From Macrostomum lignano (lineage: Eukaryota), in assembly GCA_002269645.1 (NCBI GenBank), contig NIVC01001124.1:62001-126000 (forward strand): 64,000 nucleotides of DNA, in the 5' to 3' direction. Positions within the stretch are counted from its first letter, which is position 1, and every line of letters starts with the position of its first letter. The position numbers and the translations under genes are program-made. Shown piece by piece: positions 12,151-25,524 of the stretch. The notes beneath the pieces were generated by a model that saw nothing but the letters and a program-made list of their open reading frames with translations, did not search any database and had not been told where the DNA came from.

Positions 12151-12825
12151 TACAATATTGGAACTAGGTTTCAATGCTGGATGTAATCTTGGCTATGAAA
12201 GTGCGGCTATAATGGCCTGTCAATCATAAAGCACAGAAGCGCACTAAAATTAATCGATTTGCGCAGGAAGCTGGAAGAAAGGATTTGCCATACTTGTGAT
12301 GAAAACAGCTGGCATAATTATCGACTTAGCTATATGGCTGCAGATGAGTCATCAGTTGCAGCTACATGGCACTACTTGAACAGCAGCAGGACCAGAGCTT
12401 AAAAACGCACACAGGCTGGTCTGTAGCTCCTCCCGCGCCCGTCCAGGTTCCTCCGCGGACGTCGTCAGCCTGCAGGCACTGGGCCGCGGTATCCTGCTGT
12501 TACCTCTATAGACCGGCCTCTGTTGACGCCCCTAAATTGTGCCCACTCTGCCCATTTGTACACTTCAGCGCAACAACCCCCTTTTCGGTCACGCTATACG
12601 CCTCTCTCTCTGCCAGCCATCCCCGATACCCCAGTTACTTCCATCATCGTCGGCTTGCCCCAACACAGTCAAATCCCCCGGTGAAGGCTGAACAAGACTG
12701 GGAGCGAGTCATCCTCTAACCTCCGCTAGTTTTTTTCCCTTGTAGTTCCTGTCCCGGTAGACCAATTCACCAGCTAATCCTTCATTCTTTCTATTGGAAA
12801 TTTTTGCCAATATTGACTGCGCAAC

Positions 12826-15800
12826 ATGTCGGTACCGGAGTTCGGCCAGCAGCAGCAGACGACACGGGTTCGCCTGGTCCGGCCGGCCAAAGAGGCCGCC
12901 TGGGGCTTCCGGTTGGACCGAGGCTCCCGACACGCAGGCGGGTTCGTTGTGTCTCGGGTGAGGAAGCGAAATTGTTTTGCTTCTCTGAGGGTTTGGCTTG
13001 CTTCCAGATGAAATAGTTCTGATTGACGCTGTTCGATCTAGAGCTGATATGGTGGAGCTTACTTCCAGAGCTGAGATGGTAGAGCTTACTTCCGGAGCTG
13101 AGATAGTGGAGCTTACTTCCGGAGCTGAGATAGCGGAGCTTACTTCCAGAGCTGAGATGGTAGAGCTTACTTCCGGAGCTGAGATAGTGGAGCTTACTTC
13201 CAGAGCTGAGATGGTAGAGCTTACTTCCGGAGCTGAGATGGTAGAGCTTACTTCCGGAGCTGAGATGGTAGAGCTTACTTCCGGAGCTGAGATAGTGGAG
13301 CTTACTTCCGGAGCTCAGACTGTGGGAGCTTACTTCCGGAGCTGACACTGTGTAGCTTACTTCCGGAGCTCAGACTGTGGGAGCTTACTTCCGGAGCTGA
13401 CACTGTGTAGCTGTGTGTAGCTGTGTAGCTCGTACTTCTGAGCTGAGACTGTGGGAGCTTACTTCCGGAGCTGAGACTTTGGGAGCTTACTTCTGAGCTG
13501 AGACTGTGGGAGCTTACTTCCGGAGCTGAGACTGTGGGAGCTTACTTCCGGAGCTGCGATGGCGGAGTTAAGATGCTGGGACCATTTGATAATGCACGCT
13601 ATACGTACCAATAAAAAAGCTCATATGATTTCCCCAATCACTTGTCCAGGTGACCCCCGGCAGTCCCGCATCCAGCGTGCTGTTCAAAGGCGACTTGCTG
13701 GTGGAGGTGGACGGCACGAGCTGCGCCAAGCTGGCCTATGATCAGGCCGTCCAGATGATGCAACGGGCCGGTCAAATTGTTGACCTCGCCGTAGTGTCCG
13801 GGTGAGGCTGTGTGGAGTTCGAACCATGGACCTATTAACTATAGCAAAGAATTAGTAATAACAAAAATGAATAAAACGATTCGAAATATTTGCAGATCGA
13901 CTCCGCTGGAACTGGTGACTTCACCGCAGCATTTTCGAAACACGGTGAGAAGGCCTTAATTTGCTGATTTTTATTAGGCTGCGTCAGCGCCTCCCTACAG
14001 AGTGGGAGTGGCGACCCTCCACTACCACTGCCATCTGACTGCCACTATCTGACTGCCACTATGACTGCCACTATCTGACTGCCACTATCTGACTGCCATT
14101 TGACTGCCACCATCTGACTGCCACTATCTGACTGCCATCTGACTGCCACTATCTGACTGACACTATCTGACTGACACTATCTGACTGACACTATCTGATT
14201 GACACTATCTGACTGCCACTATCTGACTGCCATTATCTGACTGCCACTATCTGACTGACACTATCTGACTACCATTTGACTGCCACCATCTGACTGCCAC
14301 CATCTGACTGCCACTATCTGACTGCCACTATCTAACTGCCACTATCTGACTGACACTATCTGACTACCATTTGACTGCCACCATCTGACTGCCACTATCT
14401 GACTGCCACTATCTGACTGCCACTATCTGACTGACACTATTTGACTGACACTATCTGACTGACACTATCTGACTGCCACTATCTGACTACTATCTGACTG
14501 CCACTATCTGACTGCCACTATCTGGCTGCCACTATTTGACTGACACTATCTGACTGCCACCATCTGACTGACACTATTTGACTGCCACTATCTGACTGAC
14601 ACTATTTGACTGACACTATTTGACTGCCACTATCTGACTGCCATCTGACTTCCACTATCTAACTGACACTATCTGACTGACACTATTTGACTGCCACTAT
14701 CTGACTGCCATCTGACTTCCACTATCTAACTGACACTATCTGACTGACACTATTTGACTGACACTATCTGACTGCCACTTTCTGACTGCCACTATCTGAC
14801 TGACACTATTTGACTGACACTATTTGACTGACACTATCTGACTGCCACTATCTGACTACCACTATCTGACTGCCACTATCTGACTGACACTATCTGACTG
14901 CCACCATCTGACTGACACTATTTGACTGCCACTATCTGACTGACACTATTTGACTGACACTATTTGACTGCCACTATCTGACTGCCATCTGACTTCCACT
15001 ATCTAACTGACACTATCTGACTGCCAAGCCAAACCCTAACCCTAATCTCAATCTTTAGCCTAAGGCAGTCAAATTGTGGACGCTGGGCTGCGCTGCTGGC
15101 TGTCACACCCTAGGCACCAAGTCAGTTATGATAATTTGCTAATGACAATCATGACACTGGATTTCTTAGAAATGAGCTTGAGGCCGGTAAGGAACGCGTA
15201 TAGAATACTTAGTTTCTTAGCAATTTTTTGAAAGCTGGATTTACAGCGGAAAGACACAATCATTTTTTTTTCACTTTTTCAATCAACCAATGCTAGTGTT
15301 GCTCTTTAAATAATTGGTATTATATTAGATATTTGTAATGCTTCTTAATGAAATCCGTCGGTACAAAATGTGCACACTTCATTTTGGTGTTTGCACAATG
15401 TACAATAATTAGAGACAGACATAAAATACTGTAATAGATTAGGATGAGCAAGGCTTAAATATACACTGGCGTAGCATGTGGGGGAAGGGCGACGGCCCTG
15501 GCGCCCCTGGTGCTGAAGCCCCTGGTGCTGAAGCCCCTGGTGCTGAAGCCCCTGGTGCTGAAGCCCCTGGTGCTGAAGCCCCTGGTGCTGAAGCCCTGGT
15601 GCTGAAGCCCCTGGTGCTGAAGCCCCTGCTGGTGCTAAAGCCCCTGGCACCCCCTCTCCCCAATAAAACTCCTGGCCGCCACGCTCCCGCGCTTATTCAC
15701 GTAGAAGCCACCAATATAAAAATAATGCTGCATCATTGATTTCTTAGAAATTCCCGGCGTAGGATACGCACACAAAATATCTAACTTTATAACACCCTTT

Positions 15801-16402
15801 ATGAGCAGGCCGTTCATCGGGAGTCTGCTACGCCAACCGTGCTAGACTACTAAAAGTAGCATGAAGGAATGTGAACTCTATGGTTTCCAGATGCTCAGAA
15901 AAAATGATAATATTGCATTGAGACTAGCAGAGATCTGAGAGAAACAGCAGATTCACACTGGGGAATTAAGAGGGAATTACACTGGAAGTAGGATTTACAT
16001 CAAGTACTACTTAGATTTCAATTACAATATTACAATATTACAAGATTACTTAAATTACATTACAATAAGAAGTAGGACTTACATTAATACAAGTCCTACT
16101 TGTATCCCAGGTTTCCATGCACCGAAAGACTCCGTCCTTCAAAATCCTCCATGAAACCCCCCCCCCTGCAGAGCTTCGGTGCCGAGAGCAACGCTTCGTC
16201 CACCACCTTCAGCGAGTGCTACGGCAGCCCGCACTCCAGCGCCATCAACCTGTTGCACACCAGCAACCCGCACCAGATGCGCGCCCAGTCAACTGCCCAG
16301 CCGGCATTCCGCCGAGTCTGCAGCTCCGAGGCCGGCAGTCCGACGCCCAGCTTTCAACGGCAGCAGCAGCTCCAGCAGCATCACACCATCGACCCGCATC
16401 AT

Positions 16403-16434
<32 letters not shown>

Positions 16435-16657
16435 GCAGTATTTCACTTTCAACGCTCGTCCCAGACGGATGTCAGTCGGCTATCACAACTACGTGAAGCA
16501 GTTCCAGCAGCCGCAGCAGCAGTCGCTGGCTCATCGGCCTCTAGTTCATCAGCTTCAACAACTTGGCAACCGGCCACTGATTGCGTCTTGCAGTTTGAGG
16601 TTCTGTGGTTTGGATTTCAGGACATTTTTATTTGAGTTTTATTCAAGCTTCAAATGA
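12826..16657 (+). CDS. PDZ-domain protein (N-terminal PDZ resembling the PDLIM/Zasp type, followed by an S/Q-rich region); 3' end uncertain
   Basis: Exon 12826-12957 (MSVPEF...AWGFRLDRGSRHAGGFVVSR) plus exon 13650-13801 (VTPGSPASSVLFKGDLLVEVDG...YDQAVQMMQRAGQIVDLAV) form a complete PDZ fold, joined by a phase-0 GT-AG intron. The phase-2 end fits an acceptor at 16111 opening the S/Q-rich frame (FPCTERL...HHHHHQQQQ...). The donor of that exon is not certain. Confidence 0.7.
13042..13556. repeat. 27-bp tandem repeat (intron)
   Basis: (GAGCTTACTTCCGGAGCTGAGATGGTA)n. Confidence 0.9.
14025..15025. repeat. 14-bp tandem repeat (intron)
   Basis: (CTATCTGACTGCCA)n with variants, about 70 copies. Confidence 0.92.
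15494..15650. repeat. 15-bp tandem repeat
   Basis: (CCCTGGTGCTGAAGC)n. Confidence 0.85.
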
Positions 16658-16659
16658 TG

Positions 16660-19600
16660 ACTTCCTCTGAAAAATGTCCGCTCTCTGAAGACTTTCATCT
16701 CCGCTCTCTGAAGACTTTCATCTCCGCTCTCTGAAGACTTTCATCTCCGCTCTCTGAAGACTTTCATCTCTACTCTCTGAAGACTTTCATCTCTACTCTC
16801 TGCAGACTTTCATCTCCGCTCTCTGAAGACTTTCATCTCCGCTCTCTGAAGACTTTCATCTCCGCTCTCTGCAGACTTTCATCTCTACTCTCTGAAGACT
16901 TTCATCTCCGCTCTCTGAAGACTTTCATCTCCGCTCTCTGAAGACTTTCATCTCTACTCTCTGAAGACTTTCATCTCTACTCTCTGCAGACTTTCATCTC
17001 CGCTCTCTGAAGACTTTCATCTCCGCTCTCTGCAGACTTTCATCTCCGCTCTCTGCAGACTTTCATCTCTACTCTCTGCAGACTTTCATCTCCGCTCTCT
17101 GCAGACTTTCATCTCTACTCTCTGCAGACTTTCATCTCTACTCTCTGCAGACTTTCATCTCTACTCTCTGCAGACTTTCATCTCCGCTCTCTGCAGACTT
17201 TCATCTCTACTCTCTGAAGACTTTCATCTCCGCTCTCTGCAGACTTTCATCTCCGCTCTCTGCAGACTTTCATCTCCGCTCTCTGAAGACTTTCATCTCT
17301 ACTCTCTGCAGACTTTCATCTCTACTCTCTGAAGACTTTCATCTCCGCTCTCTGCAGACTTTCATCTCCGCTCTCTGCAGACTTTCATCTCCGCTCTCTG
17401 CAGACTTTTATCTCCGCTCTCTGCAGACTTTCATCTCTACTCTCTGCAGACTTTCATCTCTTCTCTCTGCAGACTTTTATCTCCGCTCTGCAGACTTTCA
17501 TCTCTACTCTCTGAAGACTTTCATCTCCGCTCTCTGCAGACTTTCATCTCTACTCTCTGCAGACTTTCATCTCTACTCTCTGCAGACTTTCATCTCCGCT
17601 CTCTGCAGACTTTCATCTCTACTCTCTGCAGACTTTCATCTCTACTCTCTGAAGACTTTCATCTCCGCTCTCTGCAGACTTTCATCTCCGCTCTCTGCAG
17701 ACTTTCATCTCCGCTCTCTGCAGACTTTCATCTCTACTCTCTGCAGACTTTCATCTCTACTCTCTGCAGACTTTCATATCTACTCTCTGCAGACTTTCAT
17801 CTCTACTCTCTGAAGACTTTTATCTCCGCTCTCTGCAGACTTTCATCTCCGCTTTCTGCAGACTTTCATCTCCGCTCTCTGAAGACTTTCATCTCCGCTC
17901 TCTGCAGACTTTCATCTCCGCTCTCTGCAGACTTTCATCTCTACTCTCTGCAGACTTTCATCTCTACTCTCTGCAGACTTTCATCTCTACTCTCTGAAGA
18001 CTTTCATCTCCGCTCTGTGCAGACTTTCATCTCCGCTCTCTGCAGACTTTCATCTCTACTCTCTGAAGACTTTCATCTCCGCTCTCTGAAGACTTTCATC
18101 TCTACTCTCTGCAGACTCATCTCTACTCTCTGAAGACTTTCATCTCCGCTCTCTGCAGACTTTCATCTCTACTCTCTGAAGACTTTCATCTCCGCTCTCT
18201 GCAGACTTTCATCTCTACTCTCTGCAGACTTTCATCTCTACTCTCTGCAGACTTTCATCTCCGCTCTCTGCAGACTTTCATCTCTACTCTCTGCAGACTT
18301 TCATCTCTACTCTCTGAAGACTTTCATCTCCGCTCTCTGCAGACTTTCATCTCCGCTCTCTGCAGACTTTCATCTCCGCTCTCTGCAGACTTTCATCTCT
18401 ACTCTCTGCAGACTTTCATCTCTACTCTCTGCAGACTTTCATCTCTACTCTCTGAAGACTTTCATCTCCGCTCTCTGCAGACTTTCATCTCCGCTCTCTG
18501 CAGACTTTCATCTCCGCTCTCTGCAGACTTTTATCTCCGCTCTCTGCAGACTTTCATCTCTACTCTCTGCAGACTTTCATCTCTTCTCTCTGCAGACTTT
18601 TATCTCCGCTCTGCAGACTTTCATCTCTACTCTCTGAAGACTTTCATCTCCGCTCTCTGCAGACTTTCATCTCTACTCTCTGCAGACTTTCATCTCTACT
18701 CTCTGCAGACTTTCATCTCCGCTCTCTGCAGACTTTCATCTCTACTCTCTGCAGACTTTCATCTCTACTCTCTGAAGACTTTCATCTCCGCTCTCTGCAG
18801 ACTTTCATCTCCGCTCTCTGCAGACTTTTATCTCCGCTCTCTGCAGACTTTCATCTCTACTCTCTGCAGACTTTCATCTCCGCTCTCTGCAGACTTTCAT
18901 ATCTACTCTCTGCAGACTTTCATCTCTACTCTCTGAAGACTTTTATCTCCGCTCTCTGCAGACTTTCATCTCCGCTTTCTGCAGACTTTCATCTCCGCTC
19001 TCTGAAGACTTTCATCTCCGCTCTCTGCAGACTTTCATCTCCGCTCTCTGCAGACTTTCATCTCTACTCTCTGCAGACTTTCATCTCTACTCTCTGCAGA
19101 CTTTCATCTCTACTCTCTGAAGACTTTCATCTCCGCTCTGTGCAGACTTTCATCTCCGCTCTCTGCAGACTTTCATCTCTACTCTCTGAAGACTTTCATC
19201 TCCGCTCTCTGAAGACTTTCATCTCTACTCTCTGCAGACTCATCTCTACTCTCTGAAGACTTTCATCTCCGCTCTCTGCAGACTTTCATCTCTACTCTCT
19301 GAAGACTTTCATCTCCGCTCTCTGCAGACTTTCATCTCTACTCTCTGCAGACTTTCATCTCTACTCTCTGCAGACTTTCATCTCCGCTCTCTGCAGACTT
19401 TCATCTCTACTCTCTGCAGACTTTCATCTCTACTCTCTGAAGACTTTCATCTCCGCTCTCTGCAGACTTTCATATCCGCTCTCTGCAGACTTTCATCTCC
19501 GCTCTCTGCAGACTTTCATCTCTACTCTCTGCAGACTTTCATCTCCGCTCTCTGCAGACTTTCATATCTACTCTCTGCAGACTTTCATCTCTACTCTCTG

Positions 19601-22600
19601 AAGACTTTTATCTCCGCTCTCTGCAGACTTTCATCTCCGCTCTCTGCAGACTTTCATCTCCGCTCTCTGCAGACTTTCATCTCCGCTCTCTGCAGACTTT
19701 CATCTCCGCTCTCTGCAGACTTTCATCTCTACTCTCTGCAGACTTTCATCTCTACTCTCTGCAGACTTTCATCTCTACTCTCTGAAGACTTTCATCTCCG
19801 CTCTGTGCAGACTTTCATCTCCGCTCTCTGCAGACTTTCATCTCTACTCTCTGAAGACTTTCATCTCCGCTCTCTGAAGACTTTCATCTCTACTCTCTGC
19901 AGACTTTCATCTCTACTCTCTGCAGACTTTCATCTCTACTCTCTGAAGACTTTCATCTCCGCTCTCTGCAGACTTTCATCTCTACTCTCTGAAGACTTTC
20001 ATCTCCGCTCTCTGCAGACTTTCATCTCTACTCTCTGCAGACTTTCATCTCTACTCTCTGCAGACTTTCATCTCCGCTCTCTGCAGACTTTCATCTCTAC
20101 TCTCTGCAGACTTTCATCTCTACTCTCTGAAGACTTTCATCTCCGCTCTCTGCAGACTTTCATCTCCGCTCTCTGCAGACTTTCATCTCTACTCTCTGCA
20201 GACTTTCATCTCCGCTCTCTGCAGACTTTCATATCCGCTCTCTGCAGACTTTCATCTCCGCTCTCTGCAGACTTTCATCTCTACTCTCTGCAGACTTTCA
20301 TCTCCGCTCTCTGCAGACTTTCATCTCCGCTCTCTGCAGACTTTCATCTCCGCTCTCTGCAGACTTTCATCTCCGCTCTCTGCAGACTTTTATCTCCGCT
20401 CTCTGCAGACTTTCATCTCTACTCTCTGCAGACTTTCATCTCTACTCTCTGAAGACTTTCATCTCCGCTCTGTGCAGACTTTCATCTCCGCTCTCTGCAG
20501 ACTTTCATCTCCGCTCTCTGCAGACTTTCATCTCTACTCTCTGAAGACTTTCATCTCCGCTCTCTGCAGACTTTCATCTCTACTCTCTGCAGACTTTCAT
20601 CTCTACTCTCTGAAGACTTTCATCTCCGCTCTCTGCAGACTTTCATCTCTACTCTCTGAAGACTTTCATCTCCGCTCTCTGCAGACTTTCATCTCCGCTC
20701 TCTGCAGACTTTCATCTCCGCTCTCTGCAGACTTTCATCTCTACTCTCTGCAGACTTTCATCTCCGCTCTCTGCAGACTTTCATCTCTACTCTCTGCAGA
20801 CTTTCATCTCTTCTCTCTGCAGACTTTCATATCTACTCTCTGCAGACTTTCATCTCCGCTCTCTGAAGACTCATCTCTACTCTCTGCAGACTTTCATCTC
20901 TACTCTCTGCAGACTTTCATCTCTACTCTCTGAAGACTTTCATCTCCGCTCTCTGCAGACTTTCATCTCCGCTCTCTGCAGACTTTTATCTCCGCTCTCT
21001 GCAGACTTTCATCTCTACTCTCTGCAGACTTTCATCTCCGCTCTCTGCAGACTTTCATATCTACTCTCTGCAGACTTTCATCTCTACTCTCTGAAGACTT
21101 TTATCTCCGCTCTCTGCAGACTTTCATCTCCGCTTTCTGCAGACTTTCATCTCCGCTCTCTGAAGACTTTCATCTCCGCTCTCTGCAGACTTTCATCTCC
21201 GCTCTCTGCAGACTTTCATCTCTACTCTCTGCAGACTTTCATCTCTACTCTCTGCAGACTTTCATCTCTACTCTCTGAAGACTTTCATCTCCGCTCTGTG
21301 CAGACTTTCATCTCCGCTCTCTGCAGACTTTCATCTCTACTCTCTGAAGACTTTCATCTCCGCTCTCTGAAGACTTTCATCTCTACTCTCTGCAGACTCA
21401 TCTCTACTCTCTGAAGACTTTCATCTCCGCTCTCTGCAGACTTTCATCTCTACTCTCTGAAGACTTTCATCTCCGCTCTCTGCAGACTTTCATCTCTACT
21501 CTCTGCAGACTTTCATCTCTACTCTCTGCAGACTTTCATCTCCGCTCTCTGCAGACTTTCATCTCTACTCTCTGCAGACTTTCATCTCTACTCTCTGAAG
21601 ACTTTCATCTCCGCTCTCTGCAGACTTTCATATCCGCTCTCTGCAGACTTTCATCTCCGCTCTCTGCAGACTTTCATCTCTTCTCTCTGCAGACTTTCAT
21701 CTCCGCTCTCTGCAGACTTTCATATCTACTCTCTGCAGACTTTCATCTCTACTCTCTGAAGACTTTTATCTCCGCTCTCTGCAGACTTTCATCTCCGCTC
21801 TCTGCAGACTTTCATCTCCGCTCTCTGCAGACTTTCATCTCCGCTCTCTGCAGACTTTCATCTCCGCTCTCTGCAGACTTTCATCTCTACTCTCTGCAGA
21901 CTTTCATCTCTACTCTCTGCAGACTTTCATCTCTACTCTCTGAAGACTTTCATCTCCGCTCTGTGCAGACTTTCATCTCCGCTCTCTGCAGACTTTCATC
22001 TCTACTCTCTGAAGACTTTCATCTCCGCTCTCTGAAGACTTTCATCTCTACTCTCTGCAGACTTTCATCTCTACTCTCTGAAGACTTTCATCTCCGCTCT
22101 CTGCAGACTTTCATCTCTACTCTCTGAAGACTTTCATCTCCGCTCTCTGCAGACTTTCATCTCTACTCTCTGCAGACTTTCATCTCTACTCTCTGCAGAC
22201 TTTCATCTCCGCTCTCTGCAGACTTTCATCTCTACTCTCTGCAGACTTTCATCTCTACTCTCTGAAGACTTTCATCTCCGCTCTCTGCAGACTTTCATCT
22301 CCGCTCTCTGCAGACTTTCATCTCTACTCTCTGCAGACTTTCATCTCCGCTCTCTGCAGACTTTTATATCCGCTCTCTGCAGACTTTCATCTCCGCTCTC
22401 TGCAGACTTTCATCTCTACTCTCTGCAGACTTTCATCTCCGCTCTCTGCAGACTTTCATCTCCGCTCTCTGCAGACTTTCATCTCCGCTCTCTGCAGACT
22501 TTCATCTCCGCTCTCTGCAGACTTTTATCTCCGCTCTCTGCAGACTTTCATCTCTACTCTCTGCAGACTTTCATCTCTACTCTCTGAAGACTTTCATCTC

Positions 22601-24390
22601 CGCTCTGTGCAGACTTTCATCTCCGCTCTCTGCAGACTTTCATCTCCGCTCTCTGCAGACTTTCATCTCTACTCTCTGAAGACTTTCATCTCCGCTCTCT
22701 GCAGACTTTCATCTCTACTCTCTGCAGACTTTCATCTCTACTCTCTGAAGACTTTCATCTCCGCTCTCTGCAGACTTTCATCTCTACTCTCTGAAGACTT
22801 TCATCTCCGCTCTCTGCAGACTTTCATCTCCGCTCTCTGCAGACTTTCATCTCCGCTCTCTGCAGACTTTCATCTCTACTCTCTGCAGACTTTCATCTCC
22901 GCTCTCTGCAGACTTTCATCTCTACTCTCTGCAGACTTTCATCTCTTCTCTCTGCAGACTTTCATATCTACTCTCTGCAGACTTTCATCTCCGCTCTCTG
23001 AAGACTCATCTCTACTCTCTGCAGACTTTCATCTCTTCTCTCTGCAGACTTTCATCTCCGCTCTCTGCAGACTTTCATCTCCGCTCTCTGCAGACTTTCA
23101 TCTCCGCTCTCTGCAGACTTTCATCTCCGCTCTCTGAAGACTTTCTTCTCTTCTCTCTGCAGACTTTCATCTCCGCTCTCTGCAGACTTTCATCTCCGCT
23201 CTCTGCAGACTTTCATCTCCGCTCTCTGCAGACTTTCATCTCTACTCTCTGCAGACTTTCATCTCTACTCTCTGCAGACTTTCGTCTCCGCTCTCTGCAG
23301 ACTTTCATCTCTGCACTCTGCAGACTTTCATCTCTACTCTCTGCAGACTTTCATCTCTACTCTCTGCAGACTTTCATCTCCGCTCTCTGCAGACTTTCAT
23401 CTCCGCTCTCTGAAGACTTTCATCTCTACTCTCTGCAGACTTTCATCTCCGCTCTCTGCAGACTTTCATCTCTACTCTCTGAAGACTTTCATCTCTACTC
23501 TCTGCAGACTTTCATATCCGCTCTCTGCAGACTTTCATCTCCGCTCTCTGAAGACTTTCATCTCTACTCTCTGCAGACTTTCATCTCCGCTCTCTGCAGA
23601 CTTTCATCTCTACTCTCTGAAGACTTTCATCTCTACTCTCTGCAGACTTTCGTATCCGCTCTCTGCAGACTTTCATCTCTACTCTCTGAAGACTTTCATC
23701 TCCGCTCTCTGCAGACTTTCATCTCCGCTCTCTGCAGACTTTCATCTTCGCTCTCTGCAGACTTTCATCTCCGCTCTCTGCAGACTTTCATCTCTACTCT
23801 CTGCAGACTTTCATCTCCGCTCTCTGCAGACTTTTATCTCTACTCTCTGCAGACTTTCATCTCTACTCTCTGCAGACTTTCATCTCTACTCTCTGCAGAC
23901 TTTCATCTCTTCTCTCTGCAGACTTTCATCTCTACTCTCTGAAGACTTTCATCTCCGCTCTCTGAAGACTTTCATCTCTGCTCTCTGCAGACTTTCATCT
24001 CCGCTCTCTGCAGACTTTCATCTCCGCTCTCTGCAGACTTTCATCTCCGCTCTCTGCAGACTTTCATCTCCGCTCTCTGCAGACTTTCATCTCCGCTCTC
24101 TGCAGACTTTCATCTCCGCTCTCTGCAGACTTTCATCTCTACTCTCTGCAGACTTTCATCTCCGCTCTCTGCAGACTTTCATCTCCGCTCTCTGCAGACT
24201 TTCATCTCCGCTCTCTGCAGACTTTCATCTCCGCTTTCTGCAGACTTTCATCTCCGCTCTCTGCAGACTTTCATCTCTACTCTCTGAAGACGCATCTCTG
24301 CTCTCTAAAGACTTGAATCTCTACTCTCTGCAGACTTTCATCTCTGCTCTTTAAAGACTTGAATCTCTACTCTCTGAAGACTTTCATCTT
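16660..24390. repeat. 7.7-kb 23-bp satellite array with internal higher-order duplications
   Basis: (ACTTTCATCTCCGCTCTCTGCAG)n, about 335 units, with CCG/CTA and GCAG/GAAG variants. Confidence 0.97.
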
Positions 24391-24503
24391 ATGTCAAAAA
24401 CCAAGAAAGCGATTTATGTTTTAGACACTGTCCAGAAATTTCCAACCACTCAACAATCGGTCCCTCCTTCCCTAAAAGTCGGTAGTGTTGCTGTTAGCGG
24501 CAG

Positions 24504-24561
24504 CCAATCAGGTTAACTTTCGAAGGGGCATCCTTGGGCGAATAGTTCGAGGCTGTATATA
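24504..24561 (+). promoter_or_regulatory. Candidate Pol II core promoter (CCAAT box + TATA box)
   Basis: AGCCAATCAG (CCAAT at 24504-24508) and TATATA (24556-24561) at canonical spacing, about 470 bp upstream of the ATG at 25032. Confidence 0.4.
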
Positions 24562-24994
24562 CCGGTACCTCTGGTCAAAAAGCTGCACTGGCATTCGAAA
24601 TAACGGGCCTAAAACAGAAAAAGAGAGAGAGAGTGATGGTTGCTAGGAAGAAATCAATTTTTCTGCGACTGGCCAACGGGATGGAAGGAGAAGGGAAGAC
24701 AGAGAAGGATGCGAATATGTGCGCGCAGCCCATGTTCGACTAGAATTCACTTTCTGTTGCACCCCGTGCTTCTTCGGTCTTCCTTGCCTTTCTCCCCGCT
24801 CTCTGTCTGTCTGCCACTTCCCGGTCCTCTCACACTAACGGGAATCACGCAAACACCCGCCATCGGTTCTGCCTCTCCCCCTCTCTCTCCTCTCTCCTGT
24901 TCTCCCCCATTTCCGGATTTTATTTTGCAAAGTAGAAAGCGGACGTGGCGACAAAAATCTTCCATATTTCTGGCATCGCTACGCGTCTTGGCAG

Positions 24995-25493
24995 GTCTTT
25001 GACATCGACAGCGGAGGACGAAGGAACAGTCATGGATTCCTTCATGGAAAGTATGCAGCAGTACCCGGGGTACAGTCAGCAGCAACAGCTACAGCAGCAG
25101 CAGCAGCAGCAACGGCAACAGCAACAACAGCCTCCATCAGGCCTTGCTTTCCCGGCTAGACAGGAGCGTAAAGTGTCCACTTCGTCGATCACGTTGAACT
25201 TCACCGGTCAGAGACCGCCTGCTGGACCTGCTGTAAGACAGCCGCTGCAGCACCCGCAGCAGCACCCGCTGCAGCACCCGCAGCAGCACCCGCTGCAGCA
25301 CCCGCAACAGCAGTACCCGCAGCAGCACCCACAGTCGCGCTCACTCGGCGGCAGTTTGCCGCGCCGATTCTCAAATCCGGCGCCGCCGCAGATGGCGCGA
25401 CACCAGGGCCCATCTCCGTACGCGGCTCAGCCGCCGCAGCCGCCGCAGCCGCCGCCGCCTCCGCCGCAGCCACCGCAGCCACCGCAGGCCTAT

Positions 25494-25524
<31 letters not shown>

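Noticed and set aside
11024-12229. 401-aa ORF (LKYRTVTS)n
   Set aside because: It is the translation of a stop-free 24-bp tandem repeat with a non-ATG start and no domain or splice context.
16660-24390. CRISPR-like regular repeats (also the 16-, 22- and 40-bp arrays)
   Set aside because: The units are directly adjacent with no unique spacers, there are no cas genes, and the context is eukaryotic.
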